Below, one piece after another: positions 33,301 to 42,878 of a stretch of 64,000 nt of DNA. Under the pieces are notes generated by a model. That model saw only the letters and a program-made list of their open reading frames with translations, searched no databases and was not told where the DNA came from. Source of the stretch: Dehalococcoidia bacterium (GTDB lineage: Bacteria > Chloroflexota > Dehalococcoidia > Bin125). Position numbers and translations under genes: made by a program. The stretch lies in contig OZ253504.1 in assembly GCA_965262235.1 (NCBI GenBank), forward strand, positions 13,081 to 77,080, written 5' to 3'. Each line of letters starts with the position of its first letter. The stretch's first letter is position 1.

Positions 33301-36300
33301 GTGTCTGAGTCGTTTGGGTCGGTATCGGCCTTCAGGTCCGCTGTGCTCCAGGCGCCCGGTGTCTCGCCGGCAGTGCGGTATCGCAAGTGGACCTCATGGG
33401 CGTCCCCACCCGCATTCGCGACAATGATCGTCGCCGTCGCGTCCTCTTGGTTGATGCCGGCCTCGTAGACGAAGACATCCTCGACAATTGGGTCATCGCC
33501 CAGGGTGGAGAAGACAGTCGGCCGTACTCCTGAGGTGAAGTCGCTGGCCAGCGTGGCTTCCACCTTGTACTGCGTCGCGGCGGTCAGACTCGAGAGCGGG
33601 ATCGTCGCGTCTGCGTCAGTGCTGGTCGCCGGCTCGGCGGTAGTCCAGCTTTCTGTCGCCGTGGGGGAGTAGCGCAGCCGGACCGTCTGCGAGTCGCCAT
33701 TCGGCGCGGCGATCTTGATCTTGGCGTTCGCGGTCGTCTTGGTCTTGTCGTCGCCAACGATGACCGAGTACACGCTGGGCGGCAGGGTTGTGAAGGTCGC
33801 CGACAGCGTGACATCGGTGTCGGGGAAGCTGGAATCGTATGAGGCCTGGACCTCGTATTCGCGGTCGGAGGTCAGACCACGCAGCGCGAACACCGCCTCT
33901 GTTTCCTCGGCGATGACGGCCTTTTTCGCCGTGCGCCAAGCGTCGGTTCCGGTGCGATATTGCAGGTGTACGAAGCTCCCGTTGGGCGCCGCAACGCCAA
34001 CAGTGACCGTCGCCGTGGTCTGCTTCTCGTCGCCGGCGCTGATCGATTCAACGCTCGGCGGAAGGGTCGTGAAGCTATCGGAGCGGGTCGCATCCGTGTC
34101 CGGGAACGTGTTGTCGTACGACGCTTCAACCTCGTAGCTCGTGTCCGACGTCAGATCGATCAGGGTGAACTCGTACGGGGACTCGCCGGAGTCGACCTCC
34201 GCCGATTCGGGCTTCCAGGTGTCGGTGGCGCCGGCGCGGTATTGGATGTAGACGCGGCTGCCGTTCGGTTCCGTGACATTCACGGTAATCTTCGCGCCGG
34301 TCTGGCTCTCGTCGCTCGCGACCACCGAATCCACGCTGGGTGGTTCGGTCGCGAACTTCCCGATAGTCGTCTCGTCGGTCGGGAAGGTGTCGTCGAGCGA
34401 GGCTTCAAGCTCGTAGTCGGTCCCGGAGGTGAGGTCGCTCAGTGAGAAGTCTGCGTGTGCGCTGGTTGTGTCCTCCGGCTCGGTTGCCTCCCAGGCCATC
34501 TCGCCCTTGAACCGATAGCGAAGATGGACTTTCTTCGAGTCGCTGTTCGGCGCGCTGATGATGGCCCTGATGGTGGCCGTGGTCTGGGTCTTCTCGATCG
34601 CGCTGACGGACTCGATCGCCGGTGGCAGCGTCGTGAAGCTGGCCGTCTTGGTTCGGGTCGTCGGGAAGCTGCTGTCGAACGACGCCTCCACGGTGTACTC
34701 GCGGTCCGCTGTGAGCCCGGAGAGCAGGAAGTCCACCGTCAACACGCCGACCTCCACCGCAAGCGAGGTCGTCTCCCAGTTCCCGCTGCTCGCCGTCTCC
34801 CGATAACGCAGGTTGACGAGGCCGCCATTGGCCTGGCTGACGGTGACCGTCGCCGTCGCTTCGGTCTGGCTGATCGAGGCCTCGGCCACTTCGACCGACT
34901 CGACGCCAGGAGGTGAGGACCAGCCCGAATACTGGCGGTTGTTGTTCAGGGGGTACGCAAGCAGACTGTCTCTGGTCGAGGCCGAGCCGGTGTTGGAGCT
35001 GACCCAGACGATGTCGCCGTCGGACCAGAAGCCGTTGATTGTGCCATGCCCGGAAGGCAAGGTGATGTCGTGGACGGGGATGTGGTGGGCGTTGGCCAGC
35101 CCACCCGACAGATCAAGCGCAAACAGTTTCTTCGTCGAGCATTGCGTCGCCAGGTACAGCAGGCTCCGCGATGCATCGTGCCAGATGCCTGCGACCTGAT
35201 CATGCTCACACACTGAATCCGGAACGACGATATCCTTGCTGTAGTCCCGCTGGCCGTAGGCGGCATCATATGCAAACAACGTGTCGCGTCCCGACGCGGC
35301 GGCCCAGAATGTCGAGCCGTCGCCGAAGAATGCGTTGGCCTCGGGAATCTGTACACGGTCCACCCCGGGCGGATGGTAATCGGACGCACGCATGTCGCCG
35401 TTCGCCTGCACAAGATCGCTTGAGAGGAATACACCGTCTGATTCCCGGTATGGAACGAACGCGACTTCCTCGGAAGTATTGATCGATTCCAGGTAGTTCG
35501 CGGTCACCGTCCAAAGGCGCGTCTCGTCGCCCCACAGGCCGCCGTCCACATCCGCGTAGTCAGCCGGCGGGACACTGGTGGAGTCACTGTGCGGCGTGAT
35601 GTCATCGTCGGCTTCTGCCGCGCCGGTCGCGAGGTCGTATGCGTAGAGCTTGCTGTCCGATGCGTGCGCGAGCCAGATCGTGTCGCCGTCCGACCAGACG
35701 CCGTGAGCCGAATTCTCAACGATCGTGCCGGCGGTCAGCTCGATATCTCGCAGCGCCGCGCAGCGATCGGTGGCGTAGTAGACGGCGCGCACTCGGTAGC
35801 GGTACGACGCTTGGGGGTCGACGCTGTCATCGAGGTAGCTGGCCGAATCCGCGTCGAGGCAAGTCAGGAAGGCGAAAGCGCCGTCGTCGTCGGCCCGCTC
35901 GATCTCGTACTGATAGACATCTTCGCGCAGGCCGGGAGTGATTGGCGTGGGCGGTGGACTCCAACTGAGCCGCGGGCCGTCGGTCTCGTCGGCGCGAGCG
36001 AAGTTCGTCGGACCTGCACCGCCGTCGGCCACTGTGACCATGACGTCGGGCAGTGTGAGAACGTTATATTCGATCGCGCTGCCGCCGATCGTGTGGGACA
36101 GCTGGAAGCCGATGTTTTGCGTGACGGAGTCGGCGGGTGCGCTGACGATCACGTACTGCGGCGTCTCCCAGTTCGACGGCGTGAAGCTGAGCCTGGAGGC
36201 GCTCGTGGTCAAGCCCGGGGTCACGTCCGGGGCAGTTGAGATGGAGATGGTGACAGAACCTGAGGGCTCTGAGATAATCGCAGCCTTGTAGTAGTCCCGG

Positions 36301-37715
36301 CCACCCTCAGGAACGGTGATGACAGTTGGGTTGATGATTCCACCGGTGTCATCGTCGATCACGGTCGTCACCACGTCGACGGATGACCCCACGTATATGC
36401 TGTCGGTACCGCCGGCGCCGGAGATTCGGATCGTCACCTCGTCGTTGGCGCCGTCGTCGTCATCGCCAGCGGTGACGGTCACCGTGTGACCTGAAGCCCA
36501 GTTCGACTCGGTGAACTGGAACCGCGCCGGAACGGCCGTCAGATCGCCGCCGACGTCGACGCGGAACTCGACCTCGGGCGTGTCGCTCCCTCTGGCAGTG
36601 GGCGGGGTGCACAGCGCGACCGTGATCGTGACTGTCCCACTCTCGGGAATGTAGAGACGCCGGGGGTCGACTCTTACGCATCCCCCAGCCCCTTCGTCGT
36701 CCGCGATCTCAACGTTCACGCGGGGTCCTGCGAGGCCGTTGTAGTTGGCGTCGCTGCTGGAACTGGCGAAGCTAACACTGATTGGGCCATCCACGTCCCA
36801 TCTACCACGCTCCGCGTTATCCGTGCCTGAGACAGTGAACGGTTGCGGCGTGCCCCAATCGGTGCTGGTAAACGTCAATGACGATGGATCGACCATGACG
36901 TTTGCGTTGCCGTTGCGGGTCGCGGTCACCGTCACATCCGCCGTCGGTGGAGCTTCCAGCATCACCTGAATAGTCCCCGAGTCGCCCTCGGCGATCCGCA
37001 TCCGAGCCGGCGACGCGCTGATCCCCGCGTCGTCGTCGTCTTCGATCACCACCTGCACGTCCCGCACATCCAGGCTCAGGTACTCCGACGCGCTGCCTGT
37101 CTTGACTTCGTGAGTGATGATGGCCCTGCCGTCGTCCGAGTCCGCGTCATCCAGGCCGGTGACGGTGATGATCTGCGGGCTGCGCCAGGCCGTGGGCGTG
37201 AACTTGACCTCCGTTGGGTAGGCCGTGACGCCCGCACCGGCGCTGATCACGACGGTTACGTTGGCGCTCGGCGCGCTTCGCAGGTAAATCCAATACCTGC
37301 CGCTGCCGCCCTCGTCGATCTTCAGATAGGTCGGGGTGACGAGCACCTCAGGCTGCAGCGTCTGAGTGGGTGCGAAGCCACCGCTTGTGCTGGTATCGGC
37401 AACAGACGAGAAGACAGCGCGTAGCTGCCCTGACGTGGGTACTCTGCTCACGCCGTTGGAGGCGCGGTCTGGGTCCAGCGGCGAATTCGTAGCTGTCGCG
37501 GTCCCTGGATGTGCAACGGCGTGGTCGATCGAGAGTGAGCCGGCGTCTAGGGACGCCGTGTCGAGGTCTTGGCCATGGGCGGACCAGGAGCTGGACAACA
37601 AGGCGCCAAGCAGGGCAACTCCTGCGACTCCGAGGAGCAGCAACGTGTGGCGACTGCGGACAATGCCGACGACCGCGGCGCATACAATCCGCGTGCGCCG
37701 CGTGAGTTCGCGCAT
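30399..37715 (-). CDS. Giant secreted multi-repeat surface protein (about 2440 aa): beta-sandwich repeats, beta-propeller blades, about 9 FN3-like repeats, a poly-Gly hinge and three C-terminal ~83-aa modules
   Basis: Signal peptide 'TLLLLGVAGVALLGALLSSSWSAHG'. Repeated 'HLRYR...W...TSDREYEVQASYDSSFP' units. 'DPRGIWSDG..LWVSD' blades. 'CLxGLTE...WTGFFPD' occurs three times. The authentic start is probably the ATG at 37715 (MRELTRR), because the first 5 codons of the tracked ORF lie inside the IS5 inverted repeat. Confidence 0.7.
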   Translation of the reverse strand: MRELTRRTRIVCAAVVGIVRSRHTLLLLGVAGVALLGALLSSSWSAHGQDLDTASLDAGSLSIDHAVAHPGTATATNSPLDPDRASNGVSRVPTSGQLRAVFSSVADTSTSGGFAPTQTLQPEVLVTPTYLKIDEGGSGRYWIYLRSAPSANVTVVISAGAGVTAYPTEVKFTPTAWRSPQIITVTGLDDADSDDGRAIITHEVKTGSASEYLSLDVRDVQVVIEDDDDAGISASPARMRIAEGDSGTIQVMLEAPPTADVTVTATRNGNANVMVDPSSLTFTSTDWGTPQPFTVSGTDNAERGRWDVDGPISVSFASSSSDANYNGLAGPRVNVEIADDEGAGGCVRVDPRRLYIPESGTVTITVALCTPPTARGSDTPEVEFRVDVGGDLTAVPARFQFTESNWASGHTVTVTAGDDDDGANDEVTIRISGAGGTDSIYVGSSVDVVTTVIDDDTGGIINPTVITVPEGGRDYYKAAIISEPSGSVTISISTAPDVTPGLTTSASRLSFTPSNWETPQYVIVSAPADSVTQNIGFQLSHTIGGSAIEYNVLTLPDVMVTVADGGAGPTNFARADETDGPRLSWSPPPTPITPGLREDVYQYEIERADDDGAFAFLTCLDADSASYLDDSVDPQASYRYRVRAVYYATDRCAALRDIELTAGTIVENSAHGVWSDGDTIWLAHASDSKLYAYDLATGAAEADDDITPHSDSTSVPPADYADVDGGLWGDETRLWTVTANYLESINTSEEVAFVPYRESDGVFLSSDLVQANGDMRASDYHPPGVDRVQIPEANAFFGDGSTFWAAASGRDTLFAYDAAYGQRDYSKDIVVPDSVCEHDQVAGIWHDASRSLLYLATQCSTKKLFALDLSGGLANAHHIPVHDITLPSGHGTINGFWSDGDIVWVSSNTGSASTRDSLLAYPLNNNRQYSGWSSPPGVESVEVAEASISQTEATATVTVSQANGGLVNLRYRETASSGNWETTSLAVEVGVLTVDFLLSGLTADREYTVEASFDSSFPTTRTKTASFTTLPPAIESVSAIEKTQTTATIRAIISAPNSDSKKVHLRYRFKGEMAWEATEPEDTTSAHADFSLSDLTSGTDYELEASLDDTFPTDETTIGKFATEPPSVDSVVASDESQTGAKITVNVTEPNGSRVYIQYRAGATDTWKPESAEVDSGESPYEFTLIDLTSDTSYEVEASYDNTFPDTDATRSDSFTTLPPSVESISAGDEKQTTATVTVGVAAPNGSFVHLQYRTGTDAWRTAKKAVIAEETEAVFALRGLTSDREYEVQASYDSSFPDTDVTLSATFTTLPPSVYSVIVGDDKTKTTANAKIKIAAPNGDSQTVRLRYSPTATESWTTAEPATSTDADATIPLSSLTAATQYKVEATLASDFTSGVRPTVFSTLGDDPIVEDVFVYEAGINQEDATATIIVANAGGDAHEVHLRYRTAGETPGAWSTADLKADTDPNDSDTATIELTSLTAGTQYDVQASLDSTFTIGTQQTTFTTDGPVPEIVSVTATSDSSSEATVTVTVDDPDGSTVYVGYRTTGTPSGSWSAPVDFAADTSRHTLTLSGLSPSTEYEVTAAFSTPFDATPIVSDTFSTSAFDPTLTDVSVTDITQSGSGAAVKATVTVTILDAESQVQTVFVRYREHAAAAWSDPPLELSGTETATRDITTFMVSTTYDLQASLSSDFASPVAATFSTPKVIEVTVKDVTDESAKAIVKIGEPGTAEETVHLRYGPVSDEAVGTTTKGAVGRGATEMKTAMGETTDHTAEITVANLIPDQEYILEASLDDGFTRGVERITFRTEPADPDGTGGTGGGGGGGGGGGGGGGGGGGGGGGPAPKPVPSDVDFTWNVTRDIDSLHGDHTEPTGIWGNGAMLWVLQNATSGPDDIFVYDLDTGERVEELEFELDQRNRFSHGIWSDGQTMWVSDSGQDVLFAYDIVTGDRVPELDIDLHEDNRDPRDIWSDGEVIYVLDNRRESIFAYDLETGELITEYELDDFNADPRGIWSDGVTLWVSDDGANRIFAYRINGETLDRIEAEEFDFQQLLRAGNGDPRGIWSDGGVIYVVDDGDDRVYTYNMPDAIDARLETLSLSGIAFGQFSPARKSYAAILSSGLTETTLEATGIQEEATVTIVPADADANPDNGHQVAVSDGLVIAVTVISPDGSRERVYRVWLRHCLAGLTEVGLSLVTYIGGSLADLADCARDLSVDTLYNYTDNSWTGFFPDYPAFLSQPFRDRFANGVVAGQALIARRATAGSENCLSGLTDEHLSLVTYIGGSLAELEDCARDLSVDTLYSRTDDGWTGFFPGYATFLSQPFRERFPDGPAPGEALIAKRAPEGSARCLPGLTEAPLSAVIYTGGSIDGLAECARSLSVDALYHYTRDGWTGFFPDHPDFLSQPFLDRFAGGLAARQSLVAKRNLTAITTPTGGSPN
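30402..31169. repeat. Three tandem ~249-270-bp coding repeats (C-terminal triplicated module of the giant protein)
   Basis: Protein units CLAGLTE.., CLSGLTD.., CLPGLTE.. have near-identical DNA blocks, for example 'cggtccagc..atc..gtgtagt..tagagcgtgtcgacggagag' recurring. Confidence 0.8.
32192..32270. repeat. Poly-(GGN)/(ccgcctcc)n coding tract for about 26 consecutive Gly
   Basis: Direct reading of 'ccgcctccgcctccgcctcctccgcc...gccgccgccgccgcc'. Confidence 0.8.
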
Positions 37716-37760
37716 GAATCGCCTGCTTCCGTGCACGTGCTCACTCCGATGATCACTTAG

Positions 37761-38947
37761 GAACGCTCTGAACAAGGCAGGGATGTGGGCTGGTTACGAT
37801 CGGGGCAGCGACCGCCGAAGGGAGCGCCTCGATGCAGGAACCGACGTTTGGCAGCCTGGAGTTTGCGCACAAGAAGCGGAAGACCCGGCGTGAGCGGTTC
37901 CTGGAGCGGCTCGAGTCGCTGGTGCCCTGGGCCGCGTTGGAGGCGCGCGTCGAACCGGTCTATCCCAAGCCGGGGCGCGGACGGCGGCCCTACCGCCTGG
38001 CCGTGATGCTGCGCGTTCACTGCGTGCAGCTCTGCTACAACCTCAGCGACCCGGCGCTCGAGGACTTGCTCTACGAGGCCGAGTCGGTACGCCGCTTCTG
38101 CGGACTGAACCTCAGTGGGCCGATCCCTGACGAGTCGACGATCCTGCACTTTCGTCATCTCTTGGAGCGGCATCAGCTGGGCGAGGCGCTGCTGCAGACG
38201 ATCAACGCGCACCTGGCAGGCCAGGGTCTGCGGCTGCAGGCCGGCACGATCGTGGACGCGAGCATCATCGCGGCGCCGTCCTCGACCAAGAACCAGCGTC
38301 GCCAGCGCGACCCGGAGATGCATCAGACCAAGAAGGGCAACCAGTGGCACTTCGGGATGAAGCTGCATATCGGGGTGGACGCGGACCTGGGCCTGACCCA
38401 CAGCCTGAGCACGACCGCGGCGAACAGCGCCGATGTGACCGAGGCGCATCGGCTCTTGCACGGCGGCGAACGAGCGGCCTGGGGCGACGCCGGCTACCAG
38501 GGCGCGGAGCGGCGTCCCGAACTGGCCGACTCGGCGGTCGAGTGGCGGGTCGCGATGCGTCCCGGCCGCAGGCGCATGCTGCCGCCGGACAGCCCACTCG
38601 CCCAGCGCGAGCGTGAGCGGGCTTCGCTGCGGGCCAAGGTCGAGCATCCCTTCCTCTACATCAAACGGCGCTTCGGCTACGACAAAGTGCGCTATCGCGG
38701 CCTGGCCAAGAATCACCAGCGGCTGGCGCTGTTGCTCGGCTTCGCCAATCTGTTGATCGCCGAGTCGCAACTGGCCTGAACCGGGGCGGACTGCGCCCCT
38801 CGCCCGGCTCGGCCCCACACATGCGGCCAACCGGACCCTCAGCACCGCCCCAACCCATCGCCCCGCTCGCCCACTCACCGCAGTGACCCAACCGCCCGCG
38901 CCCAGTCAGCACGAAGTCCGCTCAATCGCCTCTTGTTCAGAGCGTTC
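37761..38947. mobile_element. IS5-family insertion sequence (1187 bp) with imperfect terminal inverted repeats and a 4-bp TTAG target duplication
   Basis: Left end 'gaacgctctgaacaagg' against the reverse complement of the right end 'gaacgctctgaacaaga'. TTAG at 37757-37760 and 38948-38951, consistent with the YTAR target of IS5. Confidence 0.75.
37832..38779 (+). CDS. IS5-family DDE transposase
   Basis: 315 aa with 'HFGMKLHIGVDADLGLTHSLSTTAANSADV...GDAGYQG', the DDE motif region of IS5/ISL2-like transposases. Confidence 0.85.
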   Translation: MQEPTFGSLEFAHKKRKTRRERFLERLESLVPWAALEARVEPVYPKPGRGRRPYRLAVMLRVHCVQLCYNLSDPALEDLLYEAESVRRFCGLNLSGPIPDESTILHFRHLLERHQLGEALLQTINAHLAGQGLRLQAGTIVDASIIAAPSSTKNQRRQRDPEMHQTKKGNQWHFGMKLHIGVDADLGLTHSLSTTAANSADVTEAHRLLHGGERAAWGDAGYQGAERRPELADSAVEWRVAMRPGRRRMLPPDSPLAQRERERASLRAKVEHPFLYIKRRFGYDKVRYRGLAKNHQRLALLLGFANLLIAESQLA

Positions 38948-39413
38948 TTAGAACCAATTATGGACGACAGGAGCGCCTACGGGTGCTGGTCGTTATGTCC
39001 CGCACCGGGGAGTCACGGGTGCAGCGCAGCGCATGAGGCCGAGTCGCTGTGGAAAACTGTCCGAAATGGGCCGGCACGCGGGGCGGAAGCGGGCGCGGGT
39101 GTCCGATCGCGGGTCTGCCGCTCTGCAGCTCGGGGCGCCGCAAAAGTCAGAGTGGCCGACCATGCCCAGGCCGGAGGGCCGTCCGGTCGCCCATCACCGA
39201 GCTCTCAACTACGTCCTCGCCGCCCCCGTCCGACCGAGATGGGTGAGCGCTGCAGCCGTGGTTGACAGCAGAGCGTGAGCGACCGTGCCCGCAATCAGCG
39301 CCGTGGCCAGGGGCGCGAGCGGGTGAAGTCTGAGTCGCGCGCTCTTGCGGAACAGATTCCGGCTTGCGGTTCCGGGTGATGCTTCCTGGTAGCCGGGTGA
39401 TTCCTTGCCGGTT

Positions 39414-41069
39414 CTACGGACTGATTTCCGGAAGGAGTTGGCGGGCCAGCGCTTTGGCCTCTTCCAGTGTTTCGACACGACGATCTCTCGGGATCGTGTC
39501 GAGCGCACCGATCGACTCCAGGGCATTGGCCGAGGCTCCGGAGAGGCCCGCGATAATGCTGGGAGTGTTGTTCTCCTCGGCGCGATGGAAGAGCTGCTCC
39601 AGCACACGAACCGCGCTGTCGTCGAACTCCGAGCTGCGGGTAAAGTCGAAGATCACCACCTCGTGCTCTTCGATGTCGTCGGTGATCACTCGCACGAGCG
39701 CATTCGATGAGGCGACGGTGAATCGCCCCCGCAACTGCACCAGGCCGACGCGGGCGAGGAAGGGGTCTTCCAGCGACCCCTCCAATAGCGGCACCGAGAT
39801 GACGTCGCTCAACTCGATGCGCTCAAGTCGAGCGGCGTTGGCCATCCCGGCCAGGATCAGCCCGATCGCAACGGCGGTGATGACATCCGTAAAGATCATC
39901 ACGATCAATGTCATCGCCATCACCGCGACATGGCCGCGAGGCAGCTGACGGACGCGCCTGAGGAAGCGCCAGTCGATAACATCCCAACCGATCTTGACCA
40001 GGATGCCGGCGAGCACGGCCTGAGGGATCGGCTCCATCAGTGCGCCGGCGCCCAGGGCCACGGCCAACATCAGCAGCGCGACGATCACTCCGGCGACGGG
40101 CGAGCGACCGCCGGCGCGGATGTTGACCACCGTGGTCAGCACGGTCGCCCCACCGGGGAGTCCGCCGATCAGGCCGGAGACCGTGTTGCCCAGTCCCTGC
40201 CCGATCAGCTCGCGATTGGGGTCATGCACCTCTCGCGTCATGGAATCGGCGACCGGCGAACTGAGCAGGCTGGCGAACGCGCCAATCAAGGCCACAATCA
40301 GAGCCGACTGCAGGGCGCTAACCAGGAAACCGCCTGAGAAGGCCGGCCAATCGAGGCTGGGAAAGCCGGAAGGGATATCGCCGATCACCGACGCATCGGA
40401 GAGCAAGAGGACCCCGATCAGCGCGCCAACGATCAGCGCCGCGAGGGTTGGCGGGACGAACTGGCGCAATCTGACCGGCCAGAAGATCGCGACCAACAGC
40501 GTCACCGCGCCGAGGATGAACGCCTCGATGTCGATATCGCGCAGGACAGCGGGCCAGGCTGCGAACTGCCGGAGGAGACCTCCCGACTCCAGCTCCGAGC
40601 CGAAGAAGGGCGCGACATGCAGGACAACGATGATCACGCCTACGCCCGAAACCAGACCTGAAATCACGGAATACGGCGTGTAGCCGATGAACCGTCCCGA
40701 TCGCAGGGCGCCCATCGCGATCTGGATCAGTCCGGCCAGCACCACGACCGCGAATGCCTCGGCCAGGCTGTATTGACTGACGACGGCGGTCATCGCCACG
40801 GTCATCGGCACCGATGGACCCGACATCAGCCCACGGGTCCCGCCGAACACCGCGGCGAAGAATCCCACCGAAACCGCGCCCCAGAGCCCGGCCTACGCGC
40901 CGACGCCTGGGTCGTCGCCCGAGGTCGCGGCAACCGCCACACCCAGCGCCAGTGCCATCGGCAGGGCAACCACTGCCGTGGCGACCCCACCGAGCACATC
41001 GCCGCGCAATCCCTGCCATCCGTAGCCGGTGAGGATCGCGACGATTCGGTCCTGGCGCGCGGAGGGCAT
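39414..41069 (-). pseudogene. SulP-family anion (sulfate) permease with STAS domain, interrupted by an in-frame TAG at 40893-40895
   Basis: N-terminal 59 codons 'MPSARQDRIV...ATSGDDPGVGA', then TAG, then 'AGLWGAVSVGFFAAVFGGTRGLMSGP...'. The whole is 552 codons, a typical SulP length. Confidence 0.6.
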
Positions 41070-41112
41070 CAGATCACTGCCGATTTCGTCGGCTGCTCGT
41101 CAAGGGCGGCGG

Positions 41113-42546
41113 TCAGTTTCGCAGATCGGATCGAAAGTCGGAATGCGCAATGGCGCGGAGGGCGTAACCGCGCCGATCAAGCGTGCGGTCCCGGAGATCA
41201 GCCGCGCCGTGCGTTGTGGCCACGATGTCGGCGAAATATGGCGGCGTCGTCACAGCCGCACGCCGCGGCAGCTCCTTGACGATTCGTGACACGCGTCCGC
41301 GCGCCGCGGTCGACGGCAAGGCGATGACATACAGGCCGCCGTGGATCACCGCCGATGCGGCGAAGTCGGGCTGACCGCCCGGCCCGGAGATCCTGCGACC
41401 GCGCACCGTTTCGGCATTGACGGTTCCGTCCAGCGCGACTTCGATCGCGGAGTTGATGGCGACAAGCTGGTGTTGCTGCGACAGCACGATCGGTGAGTGG
41501 GTGTAGCTCGCGGGAGCGAAGAGGACCTGTTCGTTGTAGGCCAGCCAGCGGTAGAGGTGGGCCGTGCCGATGGCTTCCGTGACGACCACTACGCCGACGG
41601 CGGTGCCCTTTCGCGCGCCCGTGATCGCTCCGCTCTCGAGCAGGTCGATCAGGCCGTCGCTGAACAGGCCCGAGTGAATGCCGAGGTCGGAGCGTCTGGA
41701 GAGCAGGCCCATGATCGCCTCGGGCACAGCGCCGATCCCGAACTGCAGAGTTGCGCCGTCTGGGATCAACGAGACAACGTGCTCCGCGATTTGATGCTCC
41801 ATCGGGCCCGGCTGCGGTCGGTTGAGCTACGGAATCCGACCATCGAGCTCGACCAGCCAATCGAAGTCTTCGGCGAGTAGCTCCGACGCGCCGTAGGTAT
41901 ACGGGACGCGGGGACTGACCTGTCCGATTACGAGTGGGGCCGTTTGAAGCGCATTGAGTGTACCGCCGACCGAGGCGCCCAGCGAGTACTCGCCCTCCTG
42001 GCTGGGTGAGCTGACCTGGACCAGGACCGCATCGGCGGGCAACGCGCTGTGGGGTTCGAACAGCTCCGAGACCTGAACGTAGAACGTCGGGATGTGGTCG
42101 AGCACTCCCGCTTCCGCCGCCGGGCGCTATGCAGCGCTGGTTTGATACGTGATGAATCTGAATGGGTCGCCGGGATGGTCCAGCGGCGCGATCGGCTCCA
42201 GCAGCAGTCCGCTGGCCAGCTCGAGCTGCGTCCAGCCGTGACGAAGGCTGTCCAGCTCCGCAAGCAGGCCAAGGGGAGTCCCGCCAAGCGGCGGGATGAC
42301 AACTCGCGCGCCGTCCGGGATTTCGCGCAACGCAGCTTCGGGCGTCCCCCGTCTCGCCGCGCGTGTGCTGCTACGGAGCGGGACGGACAGCAATAACTCG
42401 GGCTCTGGAGAGCGGCCTGTCATCAGGCTCTGCTCTCGCTGATCCCCAGTGACCGAAGCGTCAAGGCTCATTACGTGTGCTCCCGGCCGTACGGATCCGG
42501 CGGCGCTCAAGTCGTCGATTGCAAGGCAACCGGTGGCACGATACAT
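41113..42546 (-). pseudogene. Acetyl-CoA hydrolase/transferase family (4-hydroxybutyrate CoA-transferase-like) gene interrupted by two in-frame TAG codons (42127-42129, 41827-41829); start uncertain
   Basis: Three ORFs in one frame separated only by TAG plus 7 or 8 sense codons. 'VLVQVSSPSQEGEYSLGASVG', 'LVIGQVSPRVPYTYG' and the C-terminal 'IPDGATLQFGIGAVPEAI' match the family. Confidence 0.6.
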
Positions 42547-42590
42547 TTCCTGAGCGGACAGTACCGGTTCAGACCAGAGAGAGGCCCGGT

Positions 42591-42878
42591 GTGGCAGCCT
42601 ACATCACAGTGCTGGAGTTGACGGACGACTCGGCCTACGCAGACGCGCGGGCGAGGCTGGTCGCCAGGGCGCCGGAGCATGGCGGGGTGTATCGCGTCCA
42701 ACACGCTCCTGCTGAGGTCATCGAGGGCAGCTTGACTCCTCAGCGCGTGGCCGTAATCGAGTTTGAGAACGTCGAGGGCGCGAGGGCGTTCCTGGCGACG
42801 CCCGAATATGACGAAGTGAATGCGATCCGGGCGGCCTCGGGGGCCGATGTGAGTGTGATCCTGGTAGAAGGCGCGTAG
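42591..42878 (+). CDS. DUF1330 family protein
   Basis: 95 aa from a GTG preceded by GAGAGAGG. 'AAYITVLELTD...HGGVY...VIEG..TPQRVAVIEF.NVE.ARAF..PEY' matches DUF1330. Confidence 0.65.
   Translation: MAAYITVLELTDDSAYADARARLVARAPEHGGVYRVQHAPAEVIEGSLTPQRVAVIEFENVEGARAFLATPEYDEVNAIRAASGADVSVILVEGA

Noticed and set aside
38933-39265. ORF beginning MFRAFL on the plus strand to the right of the IS5 element
   Set aside because: Its first codons are simply the right inverted repeat read outward, identical to the MFRAF read from the left IR on the other strand. The rest has mirror-frame composition.
39414-42546. In-frame TAG codons as evidence of amber reassignment (for example pyrrolysine or a suppressor code)
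   Set aside because: TAG terminates several well-defined genes here (mutS2, hsdR, VOC, HEPN-like, the gene ending at 2438), each directly followed by non-coding sequence or the next start codon. No Pyl-type methyltransferase context is present. Nonsense mutation or sequencing error is more parsimonious.
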